Positions 1-12,914 of a stretch of DNA of 41,480 nucleotides are shown piece by piece (positions within the stretch are counted from its first letter, which is position 1; each line of letters begins with the position of its first letter). This DNA comes from Jimgerdemannia flammicorona. Taxonomy: Eukaryota. The DNA is taken from NCBI GenBank assembly GCA_003990765.1, contig RBNJ01000106.1, positions 1 through 41,480 of the forward strand, written 5' to 3'. The notes beneath the pieces were generated by a model that saw only the letters and a list, made by a program, of their open reading frames with translations, made no database searches and was not told where the DNA came from. The position numbers were made by a program, and so were the translations under genes.

Positions 1-74
1 AAAAAAAAAAAAAAAAATTCATCTATATATCCAAATTCCTACGTATCCATAGCAAAGACTGCTCTCACACTCAC

Positions 75-1159
75 CTTGCAATGTTCCCTGCTTCGGAGTA
101 ATTCTTCTGGCCGAGGTAGCACTGGGCCTTCATGACCCTCCACTTCATGGGGACGACCTCCCCGTCAACCATGCTGATGGCCCTGTCCAGGTTGTTGATT
201 GCGAGGGCGTGTTGCTTGTACTCGATAAAGAGCTGTGCCTGGTTGACGTAGTTGCCCACGGAGCTTAGGACGGCCATCTCTTTTTGCGCCTGCTGGTTCG
301 CCGGCTCGATGGCCGATGCGAGCTGGTACTGGCGCTGCGATTCGGGCAGATTGCCCAAGATCAGCTGACACTTGCCGGCACGCAGGAAGGCTTTCACCAT
401 CGTTGGGTCCAGGTCCGTCGCTAAACGGCAGTCTGCCACGGCCTCTTTATACTTTTTGAGCATCATCAGCGCCGCCGAGCGGTTGCTGTAGTAAGTTGCA
501 TTCGAATGTGCGAGCGCTGTGGTCAACGGCGTGAGCAGAGACAGAGGTGGATTAGGGAAAGTTGGCGTGGGATGGAGATCGAGATTTGAAGACGGTTTCG
601 GCAGGTACAGAGCCTTGCTTGTGCTTGTGGTTTTCGCGCACACGATCAAAAAACAACTGACCCTCCGCGCCTAAAAGGATAACGTACCGATTGCCTGCGT
701 ATATAACCTGACAGCGTCTGCATACCGGCCAGCCTTATACTCCTCGTTCGCTTGTGTCTTAATCTCCTCTGCGCTTCTACAGACGAAAAAGTAGTAACGT
801 TTTTTTTTTTTTTTTTTTTTTTTTGAAAGGAATTAGACACGTTGGGGCTTCAAGTTGACATTTTTGACCGGAACAGGTGTGGCAGAATAACCGTTGGACC
901 GTGTGCTCAAGTGTACACACAATCTTACAACCTGTTATCCACACAGTCCTCACTGCCAGCCCCATTTTTCTTCTAGGGGGATGGCTGGCATCGACCGTTG
1001 GATAATAGCACCTTTCTAAAGCACATTTTGGAAGGTAGGCTGTCCCAACCTGCCATTCCGTCCCCCGAACTTGAACAGAGATATTGAAGACAAGCCGCTT
1101 GCTGACACTTACAAGGCACCGTCCTGGAAGGTATCTGGTGAAGTGTCCATTGAGTCCAT
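75..1159 (-). CDS. DNAJC7: TPR-repeat co-chaperone, DNAJC7/Tpr2-like (5' part only; gene continues past the left edge of the window)
   Basis: Exons 688-776 (AEEIKTQANEEYKAGRYADAVRLYTQAI) and 75-516 (ATYYSNRSAALMMLKKYKEAVADC...KAFLRAGKC...WRVMKAQCYL) are TPR repeats with GT-AG borders. Probable ATG at 1159 (MDSMDTSPDTFQDGA). The J-domain is not in the window, so the symbol is inferred from the TPR pattern. Confidence 0.72.
800..824. repeat. Intronic poly(T) homopolymer
   Basis: Run of ~25 T inside an intron of the TPR gene; similar runs at 1-17 and 13531-13547. Confidence 0.9.
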
Positions 1160-1296
1160 TTGTAGGCTAGGCTATCGAGCTGCGGCAGTAAGTTCCTAGG
1201 GTGGTGGTCGGGGGTTCTGTCTTCTCGATGGTTGATGGGAGGAACAAAGCACGGGTAGGTCGGAGTGTAGCAGATATAGATGATGTGGGTTTGAAT

Positions 1297-1311
1297 GGAA
1301 GGTTCAAGAAG
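1297..1311. promoter_or_regulatory. Heat-shock element upstream of the TPR co-chaperone gene
   Basis: gGAAggTTCaaGAAg is a perfect nGAAnnTTCnnGAAn, ~140 bp upstream of the probable ATG. Confidence 0.55.
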
Positions 1312-1581
1312 GTTTTGCTATTGTGATGTCACCAATCCTAAAAATCTAATTTAGTGCAGTACTACTGGAACTGGAAACATTTCAAACGACGGTTTCTCAT
1401 ACGCGGGGAAAAAAAGAAAAAACTACAGCATGATCAGCTCTATGCACGGACAACTGCCTCCATCGATAGTGTTGCAATTAATAATTTTATGCTTCCATAC
1501 AAATGACCACAACCGATAATGTCTTGATCCATGCGCGGAATTTCGGCGTATCACACCTCCACAAACCTCTTTGGCAACCCC

Positions 1582-4500
1582 TCAACTCGCCTTGAACACA
1601 CCAACCAACAAACCCCTAAACTGCTCGAACATGATCTCGACGTTCCCGTCCCATAGCCCCGTCTTCTTGGGCAGCATGAATTCGACAGTTCGCATAGTGG
1701 TCAGGATGCCGTCCCCCCGCTCCACGCCTTCGGTGGGCACGTGCTTCCCCGTGCGCGCATTCTCGATTAGGAATGCCTTAGTGTACTTGAGGAGGAGCTC
1801 ACCGCGCTTGGTCATCCATTGTTCCGTGACCACTGGGTCGGGCGCCTCGAGGAAAGAATCTGGGAGGAGGAGCATGGGAAGAGAAAGGGATGAAATATCG
1901 AAGCGTGTGGTTAGGCGTACGATGTTGCGGAGGCCGTTGATCAACGGGTGTTGTGAGGAGAGGTCGGTTTTGCTGATGACTAAAGTCGGAAGAGGTGAAG
2001 TATGGCGATGTTTCGTTGAAAATAAGGAATACAGTGAATTGATGGAATAATTCGATGAATGAAAAACGAACTCGTTTAGCAAGACATTCGTTGAGCAGAC
2101 CTATCGATTGAAACGGGTGGTCACATACCATCCATATCCATCACAAGGTGGAACACGATTTGCGTCTGTGGCAGGTTAGAGTGGCGCGTCGTGAAGAAAT
2201 CGCCTGTATCATTCATGGTCAATGGTAATTCAAGTAAAAGGGCGAGGAACAGAGAGCATCAGCAAGATGTGACAAAATTATGAAAATGCGGCCAGATAGA
2301 AATAATCCAAATACCTTCTTGCAAGCTCGTCGTTCCGTCCGGATTCAAGAAGTCTGTCTCCACCGCCGCCAGCTGCGTCTCGATGTCGTCGAAGTGGAAC
2401 TCAGGCGAAAGTTGGCAGCGTTCAAAAAGGGCTATACCAATAGAAATGAAAGTGTTACGAGAAACTTCCAACTCATAAAGTAATTCCTCACTTCTGGATG
2501 GAGCAAATACACAAAGATATGGGAATATCCCAACCATGTACCTCGGTTACTTCCGTTCCCAAACTTATACTTCCCGCCCACTCCTCCTTGCCTATATTCC
2601 CCACCGCCATACTCCCCAGTCATGGTACTCATTTCACCCCCATCACCGCCCGCAATCCCTAGCTCCTTCTTCCCAACCAACACGACCACAGCACTTGGGT
2701 GCGATGAATACAGGTTCGCGGCGGTTTGTGCGCGATACGCCATTTCGCGGCCCGGGTCGCGCGGCAGCGGATTGAACACTTCATCGGCCATGTCGATCAC
2801 AAGCAAGCGGAGGTTGTGCGTCGATTTCAGTTGCGCGGTGCCCAGAGAGATAGTAAAGGATTCAACGAGCTGCGATGAAAACATGGTTGAGCTGTGGTGA
2901 GGGTGTCTGAGGTGGCGTGGGTCGCTGTGAAAAGGTGGTTGGGTGTTTGGATGGTATTTAATTGTGGAGAACGTCGTAGACAACGTGCAACGTGACAACG
3001 GAACAGTCTCCTGGAACCGGCAGTTGACCGAACCGATCATCGTATTTACGTAAAAACACCTGCTCATACCTACCTTTCATTTTCCATCCCAAAATTCTCC
3101 ATCGCCTTCCCCCACCATGACGAGAGCTTTCTGACCCCGCCAATATTTGCGCTCTCCATTTCCTGCCTTTTCTCCTTCAGGAACGAGATCGGGCTCCAGC
3201 TCCTGCCCTTTCCAAAGGGTCCATCTCCTCGCTGCATGCTTAGCATATTAACCGGCATAGTCTGCGTCCGAGTCAGATTCAGAGACCGGTCGCCTCCTCC
3301 CGAATCCGAGCGGCTCGACCGAGATGTCGGAACAGGCCCCGAGAGCGAGTTGTGGCGCGAGTGCGAGGTCGAGTTGGAGGCCGAAGCCGGGCCGGAGAGG
3401 GAGCCGTGCCGGGAGGAGGGGGTGAGGGGGCGTGGCGGCGGCAGCGGCAGCTGCGTGCCAGACGAGGTGGAAGAGACAGAGTTATGGCGCGAGCGGGGTG
3501 GGGGAGGAGGTGGGTTAGCGAGGGCGGCGGTGATTTGGTCAATGTTATCGAAGAGGAGGGCGGCAGCTTGTTCCTGGCAGAGGTTTAAGAGAAAAGGAGA
3601 TGAGATGAGAGTATCGAGTGAAATTGGCAATGATTCGGATGATATTGCCATCATCAACGCACCGTATCGCCATTCGCTAGGTTCCAGGCACATTCAGCCT
3701 GCGCAGAATTAAATCCCAACTCCTGCAAATTCTTCAACTGCGTTTGCTTCATTGAATCGACTTCCTCCTGGAGAGTCGATTAAGACATATGAGTACTTAA
3801 TCGAAAATTTTGCGTGAACATCACATTAAACGGCTTAAGCCCACACCCACAAAAGGAACTGCCAAACACACGTAAGCAGACCCGAACCAACCCGCACCTC
3901 CGGTTGCTCTCTCGTCGGCGTGGCCGTAAACATCTCCGCCTCCACCGGAAAATCCTCGATCTGCAAGCCCACTAGATTTGCGGAGCTCTTTCGGCGATGA
4001 GCCGGTCTCGCTGGCCCACCGCCGCCAACGCCCGCTATGACCGCCAACGCTTCGTTGCTGTCGCTCCGCTTGAGCGCCCAGCTCCGCATGCGATTCATGG
4101 CGGCGGCGACTATCTCCTTGCCGTCGATCTTGTCACTACCAGGCGGAGCGCCGCCGGCGGTGATGACAGAAGAAGAGGACGGTGAGGGCCCGCGGCTCGT
4201 GGAGGGGCCGAGGGCCGACAGGCGAATCTGGTGCTCCTGGTAGAGCTGGACGACGAAGTCGCGGTACTCGCTTCGATGGGTCTGGCAATTTTGGTGAATC
4301 TCTGAAGCCCACGTCGCCTGGCGGATCTCGATGTCTTCCATGTGGCGGGAGCGGGTGTGCGCAGGGTTCGAAATAAAATCAATTTCGCGAGCCTGTCTGT
4401 TGGCGTGGAAGAGGAGGAAAAGGTGGGTATAGATGTGAGGAGGATTCTGCTTGGTTTAGGTTGGACGCGACAAGAAAGATCTTCGGAGCCTTCAATGCCA

Positions 4501-5142
4501 TTTCACACGCACCTCGCCTGGAGATCAGCTATTTCTTTGTCGCGCGTCTTGACCAAGTCATCAATCGATAGTGCGTAATTTTGCTCGAGCTCTAAGAGTG
4601 TATCAAAGATGGAAGAAACGGGCGAGTGTACCAGGGTGTGATAAGCTTTCGGGAAGATATCCTATCTTATTGGCAATTAGCAAAGAAAGACGATGGAAAT
4701 ATATTGTGAGATTGTGGGATGTGTATAGAAATTGAGATGCCATGCTACGATTGAGATAACTCGCCTCCTCAGCTTTGTTGTGGAACTGCATCGTATAATT
4801 CTGATACGCCTCGACCAATTCGTTCTTGACAGCATTCGCGCGAGCGGACGTGCGGAACTCCTCGGGCGCGTCGGGATCGACTATTGCCTCGGGTAACTTT
4901 TCGAGGTCAAGTCTGTGGCTCTCAAGCATCACGGAGTGAACGGTGGACAGGATGGAGGTCTCAAGGTAGACAGGCACGAAGTTGTCGTTCATGAGCTTGC
5001 GGACGGTGTCGAGAATGAGCTGACCCTGGCGAAAGGGGATGGTGAGGGTTGTTGTTGGGAGGGGCGTTTGTAAGGAGACATTTGGGACGAGGTTGAGCGT
5101 GACAGATACGACGAAATCCTTGAGAGCCTTATCGAAAGCCAT
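1582..5142 (-). CDS. FERRY3: C12orf4 / FERRY complex subunit 3 homologue (DUF2362), multi-exon
   Basis: Spliced segments give FPKAYHTLVHSP, LLELEQNYALSI, QTHRSEYRDFV, ESFTISLGTAQLKSTHNLRLL, AANLYS, EFHFDDIETQL, GDFFTTRHSNLPQTQIVFHLV, HPLINGLRNIVR, KRGELLLKYTK and TVEFMLP, the motif series characteristic of C12orf4. Start MAFDK at 5142; stop at 1582-1584. Confidence 0.85.
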
Positions 5143-5214
5143 TCCGGGTTTCTTTTATGGCAAAAGGCCAATGAGACTTTGGCGTGGACTTCCCAAATTC
5201 CTCGTGGCGTAGTC

Positions 5215-5223
5215 TCACGTGAC
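5215..5223. promoter_or_regulatory. E-box (GTCACGTGA; Cbf1/CLEAR-like bHLH site)
   Basis: tcacgtgac ~75 bp upstream of the C12orf4 ATG, in a 165-bp intergenic spacer. Confidence 0.35.
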
Positions 5224-5307
5224 ACACTCCCGCTCTTTGAACTGCTGCCATTTTTTTTATTGCTCGGATTTCCTTGGACCATCTAACAATACACAACACC
5301 AGACCCC

Positions 5308-8300
5308 TCATCTAGTCCCGTCCACGAGTTCCTCCCTGCCTCCAAACATTCCACTAATAAACGCTCGATCTCCCGCACCTGTCTTGGCGCCGTCACTTGA
5401 GACGTCATCAAGTAGACCACATTGCCCAGGGGCCGAGCAAAGACATTGAGATCGGTGGCGCCAAAGGTATCACGGCGGAGGCGGGAGACGATGTACTGCG
5501 GGGCGGTGGAGGCGTAGCCTGTGGCAATAGGGCGGGGAGATCATGAGTGGTGGGAAAGATCAATGGTGTAGGATTTCATGGATAAAACACTAATTGAAGC
5601 GGATGGGCAACATACCACTACCAGTGTCGTCCTTGAGCTCGATCGCGAGCACGGAGCCAATGGGGACGACGCCCTCTACGTTCGGGAGATAAGAAATGTA
5701 ATCCACGGTCTGCGATATCGACGATCATAGGAAACGATGACACGACGATTGAGGGCGATGCATAAGCGGTTATACTAGATTTCCTCGCACGACAACACAT
5801 TTCAAAATTCCAAATATCTTCTACTCAACCGTATCTCCAACCCAAAAACCAACCCCGAACCCCATTCTCACCTTCTTGTCCCACACGCACCATGGTCCCT
5901 CCCAATCGCCATTCTCCCCTTCCGTCTTTACCCCCCAATCCAGCTTGGCGGCCTCCCAGTCCCCGCGCCTGTTCATGCGTTCCATCTCTTGCACCGCCGT
6001 GTTCGCCGCCGAGCATCCCATCGGGTGTGCCGTGTACGAGTGCCCGTGCAGCAACGCATCGGACTTGGACGAAGAGATGAAGGTGTCGAAGATGGATGGG
6101 TTGGTGAGCGTCACGGCTAGAGGAAGTACGCCGCCGGTGAGGAGCTTGGCGTAGGTGGCGATGTCGGGAGTCTAGAGTGATGAAAAGAAAGCAAGAGCAA
6201 CCAGAATGGCCACGTCACTTGAAAACGTAAAACATGATGGACACCCATGAAAGCATATCTCCAAGGGAGTGAGAACTCACCACATCCAAAAGTTCTGCTC
6301 CGTTCCGTTTCCCCAACCTCCACAACCCCGTGAACACCTCGTCAAACACCACGGGTAGCCCTGACCATGTCCCTTCCTTGCGCTGCAGCAATCCCATTCC
6401 GCTCTCCAACGCACCCCCAGACTCCCTCACGACCTCTACCACACTCCGCTGGAACAACGGATCCACGAACACCATCCCTCCGGCCCCCATCAGCACTGGC
6501 TCCATTAATAACGCCCCAAACCTCCGCCCGGCCCTGACTTCCTTCTCCAACCTCGTGCGAATATGTTGCACATATTTCTTCCGCAAAGGATCGGACTGGT
6601 ACCTCCGCGGCGTGAACAGGTCAGCCACCGCGTCATACTCGATGCTCGCACTCTTCTCGCTCGTCATCTCTCCAGGTAACGACACACACACACGCCCCTT
6701 CTTCACCTGCACGATGGGCGGCTCGAACCACGCGCCTTTGGGTTCGTACCACTGCACCTGCCTGTTGAAAACGTTGGCGGAGCACGCGTCCATGGCACCA
6801 ATGGTATCGCCGTGGTATCCGCCGTCGATGCCAATGACGTCCACCCGTCGCGCTGCGTCCCCCTCCCACCCGTATCTCTGCGCGGCGGACCGGAACGCCA
6901 TCTTGAGTGCGACCTCCGTGGCCGTGGATCCGTTGTCGGAGTAGAAAACGCGCGAGGCCCAGGGGCGGCCGATGGTGGAGAGGAGGAGCGAGGCAAGGGA
7001 GATGGCCGGCTCGTGCGCGCACTCGGGGAAGATGACGTGACCGTAGCGACCGGATGCGTGCGCGGCCGAGAGCGTGATTTGAGGGTTCCCGTGGCCAAGA
7101 CCTTGGGTCCACCAACTGGCGCAGGCGTCGAAGTGCTCGTAGGAGACGATGGAGGAGGAGACCGTGGATAGTGGTAATGCCGGTGAGGGTTTTGGCGCGG
7201 AATCGGCGGCGGTGGCGGTTTGGTCTGCAGGCGTGGGGCCGTAGGTGACCATGACGTCGCCGTACGCCGAATCGATAATCGTCACTTCCTTCACCTTTTT
7301 GTGCTGCGTGAACGGCCACCACACTATTGCCTTGGCGTTGGCTTCCATCCCCTCTAGCCTATCAAACCGTTCCTCGTGCTTCTTGTTCAACCTCTCCATC
7401 ACAGGGACCAGGTATTCGTCAACTTCTTTGTAGTACGCGCGCATCCGCTCGGCGTCTCGCTCAGGTTCTATATCCTGCGCTGGCGGCGGAGGGATGACAG
7501 TCACCTCTATTTCCGTGTCCGTGGAGGGCGATAGGGAACGGAAGTGACGGGCGATGAGCTCGTGGTTCGAGAACCTTGGGTTATCGAAGAGCAAAATGGC
7601 GGGAATGTCGTAGCCACGGATGTGCAGAGATTCGCGAGCGGTCAGAGTGGTGGAGATGCCGCCGAGGTTGGAGTCGCCGACGAGAATGGTCGGGAGGCGG
7701 AGGGGGCGGTAGAAATCGGATTGAAGGTTGCCTGACGATGGCAATTGAAGAGCAGGAGATTGTAGATGAAGAACATAGCGCAAGAATTGGGTGTGCCGGA
7801 TGCACATTATGTCAACATACCTGACATAATCGGACTATGAACCCCTAAATTAAATCGAGAGATTAAGATATTTGACTAGGTAAATGGATGCAGGTGGGTT
7901 ATCCAAGCGACAATCACTCATTGCTACAAACGGACCCCCGGCAGTCTCGAGGAACAAAACGCCTCCCGGCGTTTTCTTAACGCTTGCCGCGAATTCGGAG
8001 ATGTGGGTTTTAATCACGTTAAGAACTTCATCATCAGGGGGGGGCTAGGCATCGATGAATCAAATCAGCGAAAGTATGCAAGCTGAGGACAGGGAGTGGA
8101 CTAATACGGTCATGAATTGCTGACGATAATTTTACAGTGGTGGCTGACCTTTTCGGTGGCAATGTGCGGGCTTACTGGATCAGGATACTTGTAGATTGTT
8201 TGAGTGGATACGGTAGGGAAAGAATAATTTCGGACATGTCTATAGGGTAGCAAGAATTATCAGTGCGGTAAGAAAACGCGTTAGAGGATGAAAACAGGTC

Positions 8301-8550
8301 GCCTATTCTTCGCAAGGCTCCGGAGCTATGAGAGGATCAATCGTTGTTTCCACGACTACCTGGCGTCGCTGTCGGTTGGATAGCCCGTCTGCACTGGCTT
8401 CAGGTAAAAGACCTTCTTCTTGTTCTTCTCTGCGACGATGGCAGCAGCGCGGCACAAGCCCGTGGCAAATATTGTCTTACCGACATTTGTGTTTGCGGCG
8501 AATATATGGTAAAGCTGGAGGGCGCGTGTAGGGTGATAGAGCGGTAGCAT
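5308..8550 (-). CDS. bioDA: Bifunctional dethiobiotin synthetase / 7,8-diaminopelargonic acid aminotransferase, multi-exon
   Basis: N-terminal BioD: IFAANTNVGKT P-loop, YLKPVQTG, LETAGG, LVGDSNLGGISTT. C-terminal class-III aminotransferase: WWPFTQH, DACASWWTQGLGH, YSDNGSTATEVALKMA, GYHGDTIGAM, EPVLMGAGGM, FDEVFTG, YAKLLTGG (PLP lysine), HGHSYTAHP, ARPLGNVVY. TGA at 5308-5310. Confidence 0.95.
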
Positions 8551-8574
8551 TAGGGTGAGGTGTCAGAGCGAGTA

Positions 8575-8619
8575 AGCCGCGTAAATTGAAACCGCGTAAA
8601 TTGAAGCCGCGTAAATTGG
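8575..8619. repeat. Three tandem 15-bp units (a[g/a]ccgcgtaaattg[a/g]) just upstream of bioDA
   Basis: agccgcgtaaattga aaccgcgtaaattga agccgcgtaaattgg, 25-70 bp from the ATG. A TGACGTCA palindrome lies nearby at 8651-8658. Confidence 0.85.
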
Positions 8620-10321
8620 TGGCGATCAAGACGCGGTTCTCGTGACGCAGTGACGTCATTGCCCGTTTCAGAGACTATAAAAGGCCGATAATGTGTGGTG
8701 TTTCTGTTTGTTCGGTGTCTGTCCAAAAAAAATAGATGCGTCAATCCTAGTATACCTATAAATTTTTTTAATATTATTTATTTTTAGCGGTGGGAAGCTT
8801 CCCGTGCGTCCTCGTTCCGCAAGAACTCAAATCGGACTCTGCGGAAGCGAAAACGTATGGGCCATTACCTTCGAAACAAGCAACCATGATGCCAGCCAGG
8901 GTCACTCAAAGTACCTGTTGGACAAATTAAAAGTCAAGCTTAAAATTAAGGGTGAGATCGACTTGATCTTTGAATCCCTTCCAACATCAAAGAAGTCAGT
9001 TTGGAGGCTTATGGAATCATACATTCAGGGGGGGTTTTTTTTTTTGAAAATCTAAAATTTCTATGATTTATTATTCTCTGTTTTTAGCATTCTAGGGAAA
9101 GGTGTATGGAATGAAATTGATAGCGAATCGGTATCAATTTTACCTTATTTTCTCATACGATTTGCCTAGGATTTGGAAAGGCAAAACGAGTTTTAAGTTC
9201 AAGATGTGCATATATTATAAATGTCTTACTGTACTCATCATACATATGTATCTCTTTGTCTGAAATCTATTGATAAAGGCGCGTGTCTTGGATACTCTTG
9301 GTAAGTTGTCAGCGATTCCCGAGGATACTTGAAGAGCATGATCGGAAGGACTCCTGTTACCGAGGTCAACTATTATCGGTCCTCATGATGAGACACAGGT
9401 CACTAATCAGGGAAGGAAGTGTGCGTTCTCAATATCCTCGACATCACTCTCACCGCTCTTTGCGATCCAAATGAATCCTATCGTACGACATCTTTGGCGT
9501 CGTATCTGCTCTAGCCTTGGCACATTAACCCTCTCTCTCCGCATATGAAATGCGAGCAAAGTATATACCCGAATCCTTCGATTTTTCAGTCCAAGTAATA
9601 ATATCCCTTATTACGGTCCTGTATACAAAAACATTTATTCATAGTCAAGCCATTTAATACTAATTTTTATTTAAAATATAATAATCCGTATAAACAATTT
9701 GCAGGCAAATTGACTTGCAAACCGTAATAAGGAATATTCTCTTTGAAGCAAACAACAATACATTGTTACATGGGATGAAAAGATTAAAATAAGTACATTT
9801 CACCAAGTTCCGACCGTTTTCGTCCTTGCTCAAGGGATTCATCGGTTGGTTTCCCACCTGTGAGCATAAAAGCAAACCAATAATGGTCCACTTCAAGAGA
9901 GGAAGGCCGAAGTGGTGAATATCAAACCATGAAATCAATCGTAAAAACATGAGACTGACGACACTATCAGCCTTACCAATATCGCCTGCACGATTGCGAA
10001 CTCGTTACCCCCATTTTCATAGGGCATATCCCCAAGGCTTACACGGCGCTTGTGGACAGCGGGTTTGAGTGTTGGAGGGTGCGATAGCTTGAATCAACAA
10101 TTTAAGATGATTGGAAGAAAATGTGTTGTATTATATGTCTGTTGTTTACCATATTGTAAAATTACTAGTTAAGGTGCATATCTAAACAGCCAACCATTAA
10201 ATGAAAAAAAAGATCCGGAGAAGATATTTGTCTCTATATTTTGAAAATTTTCTATATTTCAATCCCTCCCTGCAAATGTGTTCGAATACCAATCACACCT
10301 CAACGTCACAGTGAGCGGCCA

Positions 10322-12914
10322 TCACCCAATTGGCGTGATCTCGTAGAACAGGCATGCATTAGTACTTCCTCCATCCCACCCACGATTGCCCGACGTGGTG
10401 ATCATGTAATGGCAGGTCGGGTCGATAACTGGTTTCGAAGGGTGTTTCATAATCAATGTTAAGGAATCATAGTCGATCTCTTGTAAATCATGCGTGCTAC
10501 TACCTTTGATGTACGATCGTCGCTACTACTACAACTAATTGCAATTAATCTTTGTTTAAAAGGATACGAATTTGTGAGATGATCCCACCATGATGTCCCG
10601 GTAAAATCGAGAACGGGATGACTGACGAGAGTTTCGAGGGTTTCGTCGCCAAACCTTCATCCCCCGCAAAAATCGTGAAACTCGTATCAACTGATGTGTT
10701 CCACATACGGATGTTATCGGTTGACGCGCTGATGTATGTATCACGAGGTCCATTCATTATGGTGTCACTAGACCATCCAAACCGCAGAAATAGATACCGG
10801 GAATCGGACATTCGATGTGGCCTTGCTTACCATATAATGTGTTTGCCGTTCGGCATACTAGTAACGTACGAAACAGGGCCTGAATTGGCCGGCATGCGGA
10901 AGGAACGGATATGCTTCTGCGACGCAAAATCCCATTCGTCCACGGTCCCGTTGCGGCGGCCAGCGTAGATTTTGGTGCCATCTGCGCTCCAACATGCCTG
11001 TGCAATAGGGTGGGTTGGAAAAAATTGAATTTTGGGAACGCAAAGTCGGCAACCTCTCCAAGTCATATAAGCTCGACGCAATATTCAAAAAAGATTATGC
11101 ACGAAGCGCACCGATAAACACCACGGCGGGGTCCGTTCAGGCAATCCGAGCTTTCTAGCGACACCATTAGGTACCCGCCGATCCCATACGAACGCATTTC
11201 CGTCAATACTCGTCGTCAAAATGATGTTGCTCTCCCTCCCGTCATCGAACGCACCAGCCGCTTCGTTCACTGTAGCATTCTTGACATCGCCCATCTCTTC
11301 GTCATCGTCCGCCTTGCTGTTCTCTTTTGCCTCCGCACCCTCACCCTTTTCATTCATATCTTCATCCTTGTCTTCTTTGTCCTTATTGTCATCACGCTGT
11401 GCCGACGTGAATCCACCGTCCTTGCGGTCGACTTCGATGTGGTCATCGTCCTCGTTTTCTCGCCGCGTTGGTAGTGGGAAGGGCGCCACGAATTTAGGCT
11501 GGAATGCGACGGACGATATTTGCGAGTTATGCGTCGTGTACTCGCGCACGATCGAACCAGTATTGAGGTCCCATTCCTTCTTTGGCCAAAATATTGGGTA
11601 TGAGTATGGATATTCACAATACGGAGGCTCGCCAAAAAAAACGAGACTAAGGGCATTATTCAGGACACCTCACCAAAACGGTCTTATCCCACGCCCCACT
11701 GATCATCCCAATTTCGTCTGGCGTGATCCGGAGCACCGAGACAGGGCCACTGTGTTTCTGAAACACATGATGACATCTTCCTTCTTCATGTCGAATGGTG
11801 ACGAGATTTATTGTCCCGTTCTGGTGGTGGGAACAATATGGTTATCATTAATAGATTTGTGTATACAAAGTGAAGTATCCGCGTTAAAAATATGCAGTGA
11901 CATACCTCTAGTCCAGTAACGCCCCACACCGCCTCTGATTGCACGTCAAGGCTATACACGGGGGAGAGTTTGGATTCCGGGGTCGGTTGCCGTTCCTCTT
12001 CAGTGCCGTTCGGCTCAGATTTTGGCTTTGCCTCCTCTGGATAAGCACACCAATGTTGATGAATCACAACGAACTGATCTTGCCCAATAGATGTTACCAG
12101 GGCGACAGCTCCCCATACCTTGTTGCTCTTCATTATCCCAGTACGAAAGCAAGACGCCAGCCTAGCTACCACAACACGTGTCAAAGCTAAAAGTTTAAAC
12201 CGTAGATTCCTCGATGCTGCCCTCGAACTCTCCAACCGCCCTCCACACATCATTAACTACATACCGCACCTTTGTCACAGATTCCACGTGTTGATGCCTC
12301 TGGACCTGGGTGAGCATGGTTTTTCCGTTCATGGACGCAAAGAAGTCCCACTTGCGGATGTAACCGTCTTCTGACCCAGTAAAGACCCAACGTAAGCAAC
12401 GCGTAGTGGCCAGCGAGTAGATGTGGCTAGTGTGAAGGGCCGCAACCTGTGTTGACGAAAATAGCGAACTCAGAATTTCGTAATTATATGATCCAAGAGC
12501 CATGACTTTACGGGGACGGGACATGTATCTGGTAAACCGAGGTTCCACCGAGACATCAATAAATCCAAGCGCAAAAGCAATCGCATACGTAAGGGGCAAC
12601 ATCATATGAGCGACAGGAGCGGGCGCCTGGCTGAAATTCAAGCTCAATGCGCTTGCTGATTGCGCTTGAAACTGGCGGTGGTGGTGCGGGTGTGGCAACG
12701 CGTGCAGTTGTAAGCATTGCCGGCGTTACCTGCGAGGAGGCTAGCGTTTCTATTACAAAGTAATTAGCGGTAGCTTCAAGACAAGAAAAGCACGGGCTTC
12801 CAGAAAGTTTCTTATACCCTCTGTTTCCATGACTTCGTCGATGTCCGAGCCATCCTGGTCTTGTTGAGAGGCGGCGTCGTCGTTCAAATCAATATCTTCT
12901 TCGTCGGACGACAT
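10322..12914 (-). CDS. SPT8: SAGA complex WD40 subunit Spt8, multi-exon
   Basis: Acidic N-terminus (MSSDEEDIDL), YDVAPY..RWVFTGSEDGYIRKWD, SPVYSLDVQSEAVW, VLSGSWDK, internal acidic loop, PPWCLS, YAGRRNGTVDEWD, ASTDNIRMW, PFSILPGHHGGIISQI, and terminal YMITTSGNRGWDGGST. TGA at 10322-10324. Confidence 0.9.

Noticed and set aside
1-17. Poly(A) at the window start as a retro-insertion tail
   Set aside because: It lies in an intron of the TPR gene, like the T-run at 800-824. Both window ends fall at A-runs, suggesting assembly breaks at homopolymers.
3236-7824. Numerous 60-230 aa ORFs antisense or out of frame to C12orf4 and bioDA
   Set aside because: Shadow ORFs of GC-rich coding sequence; the true frames are accounted for.
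8575-8619. CRISPR-like array
   Set aside because: Contiguous 15-bp units without spacers, in a eukaryotic context.
8790-10100. Short ORFs and splice-like signals between bioDA and SPT8 (possible gene relic or missing bioF)
   Set aside because: No recognisable motif in any frame I translated, frequent stops, and no aminotransferase signature.
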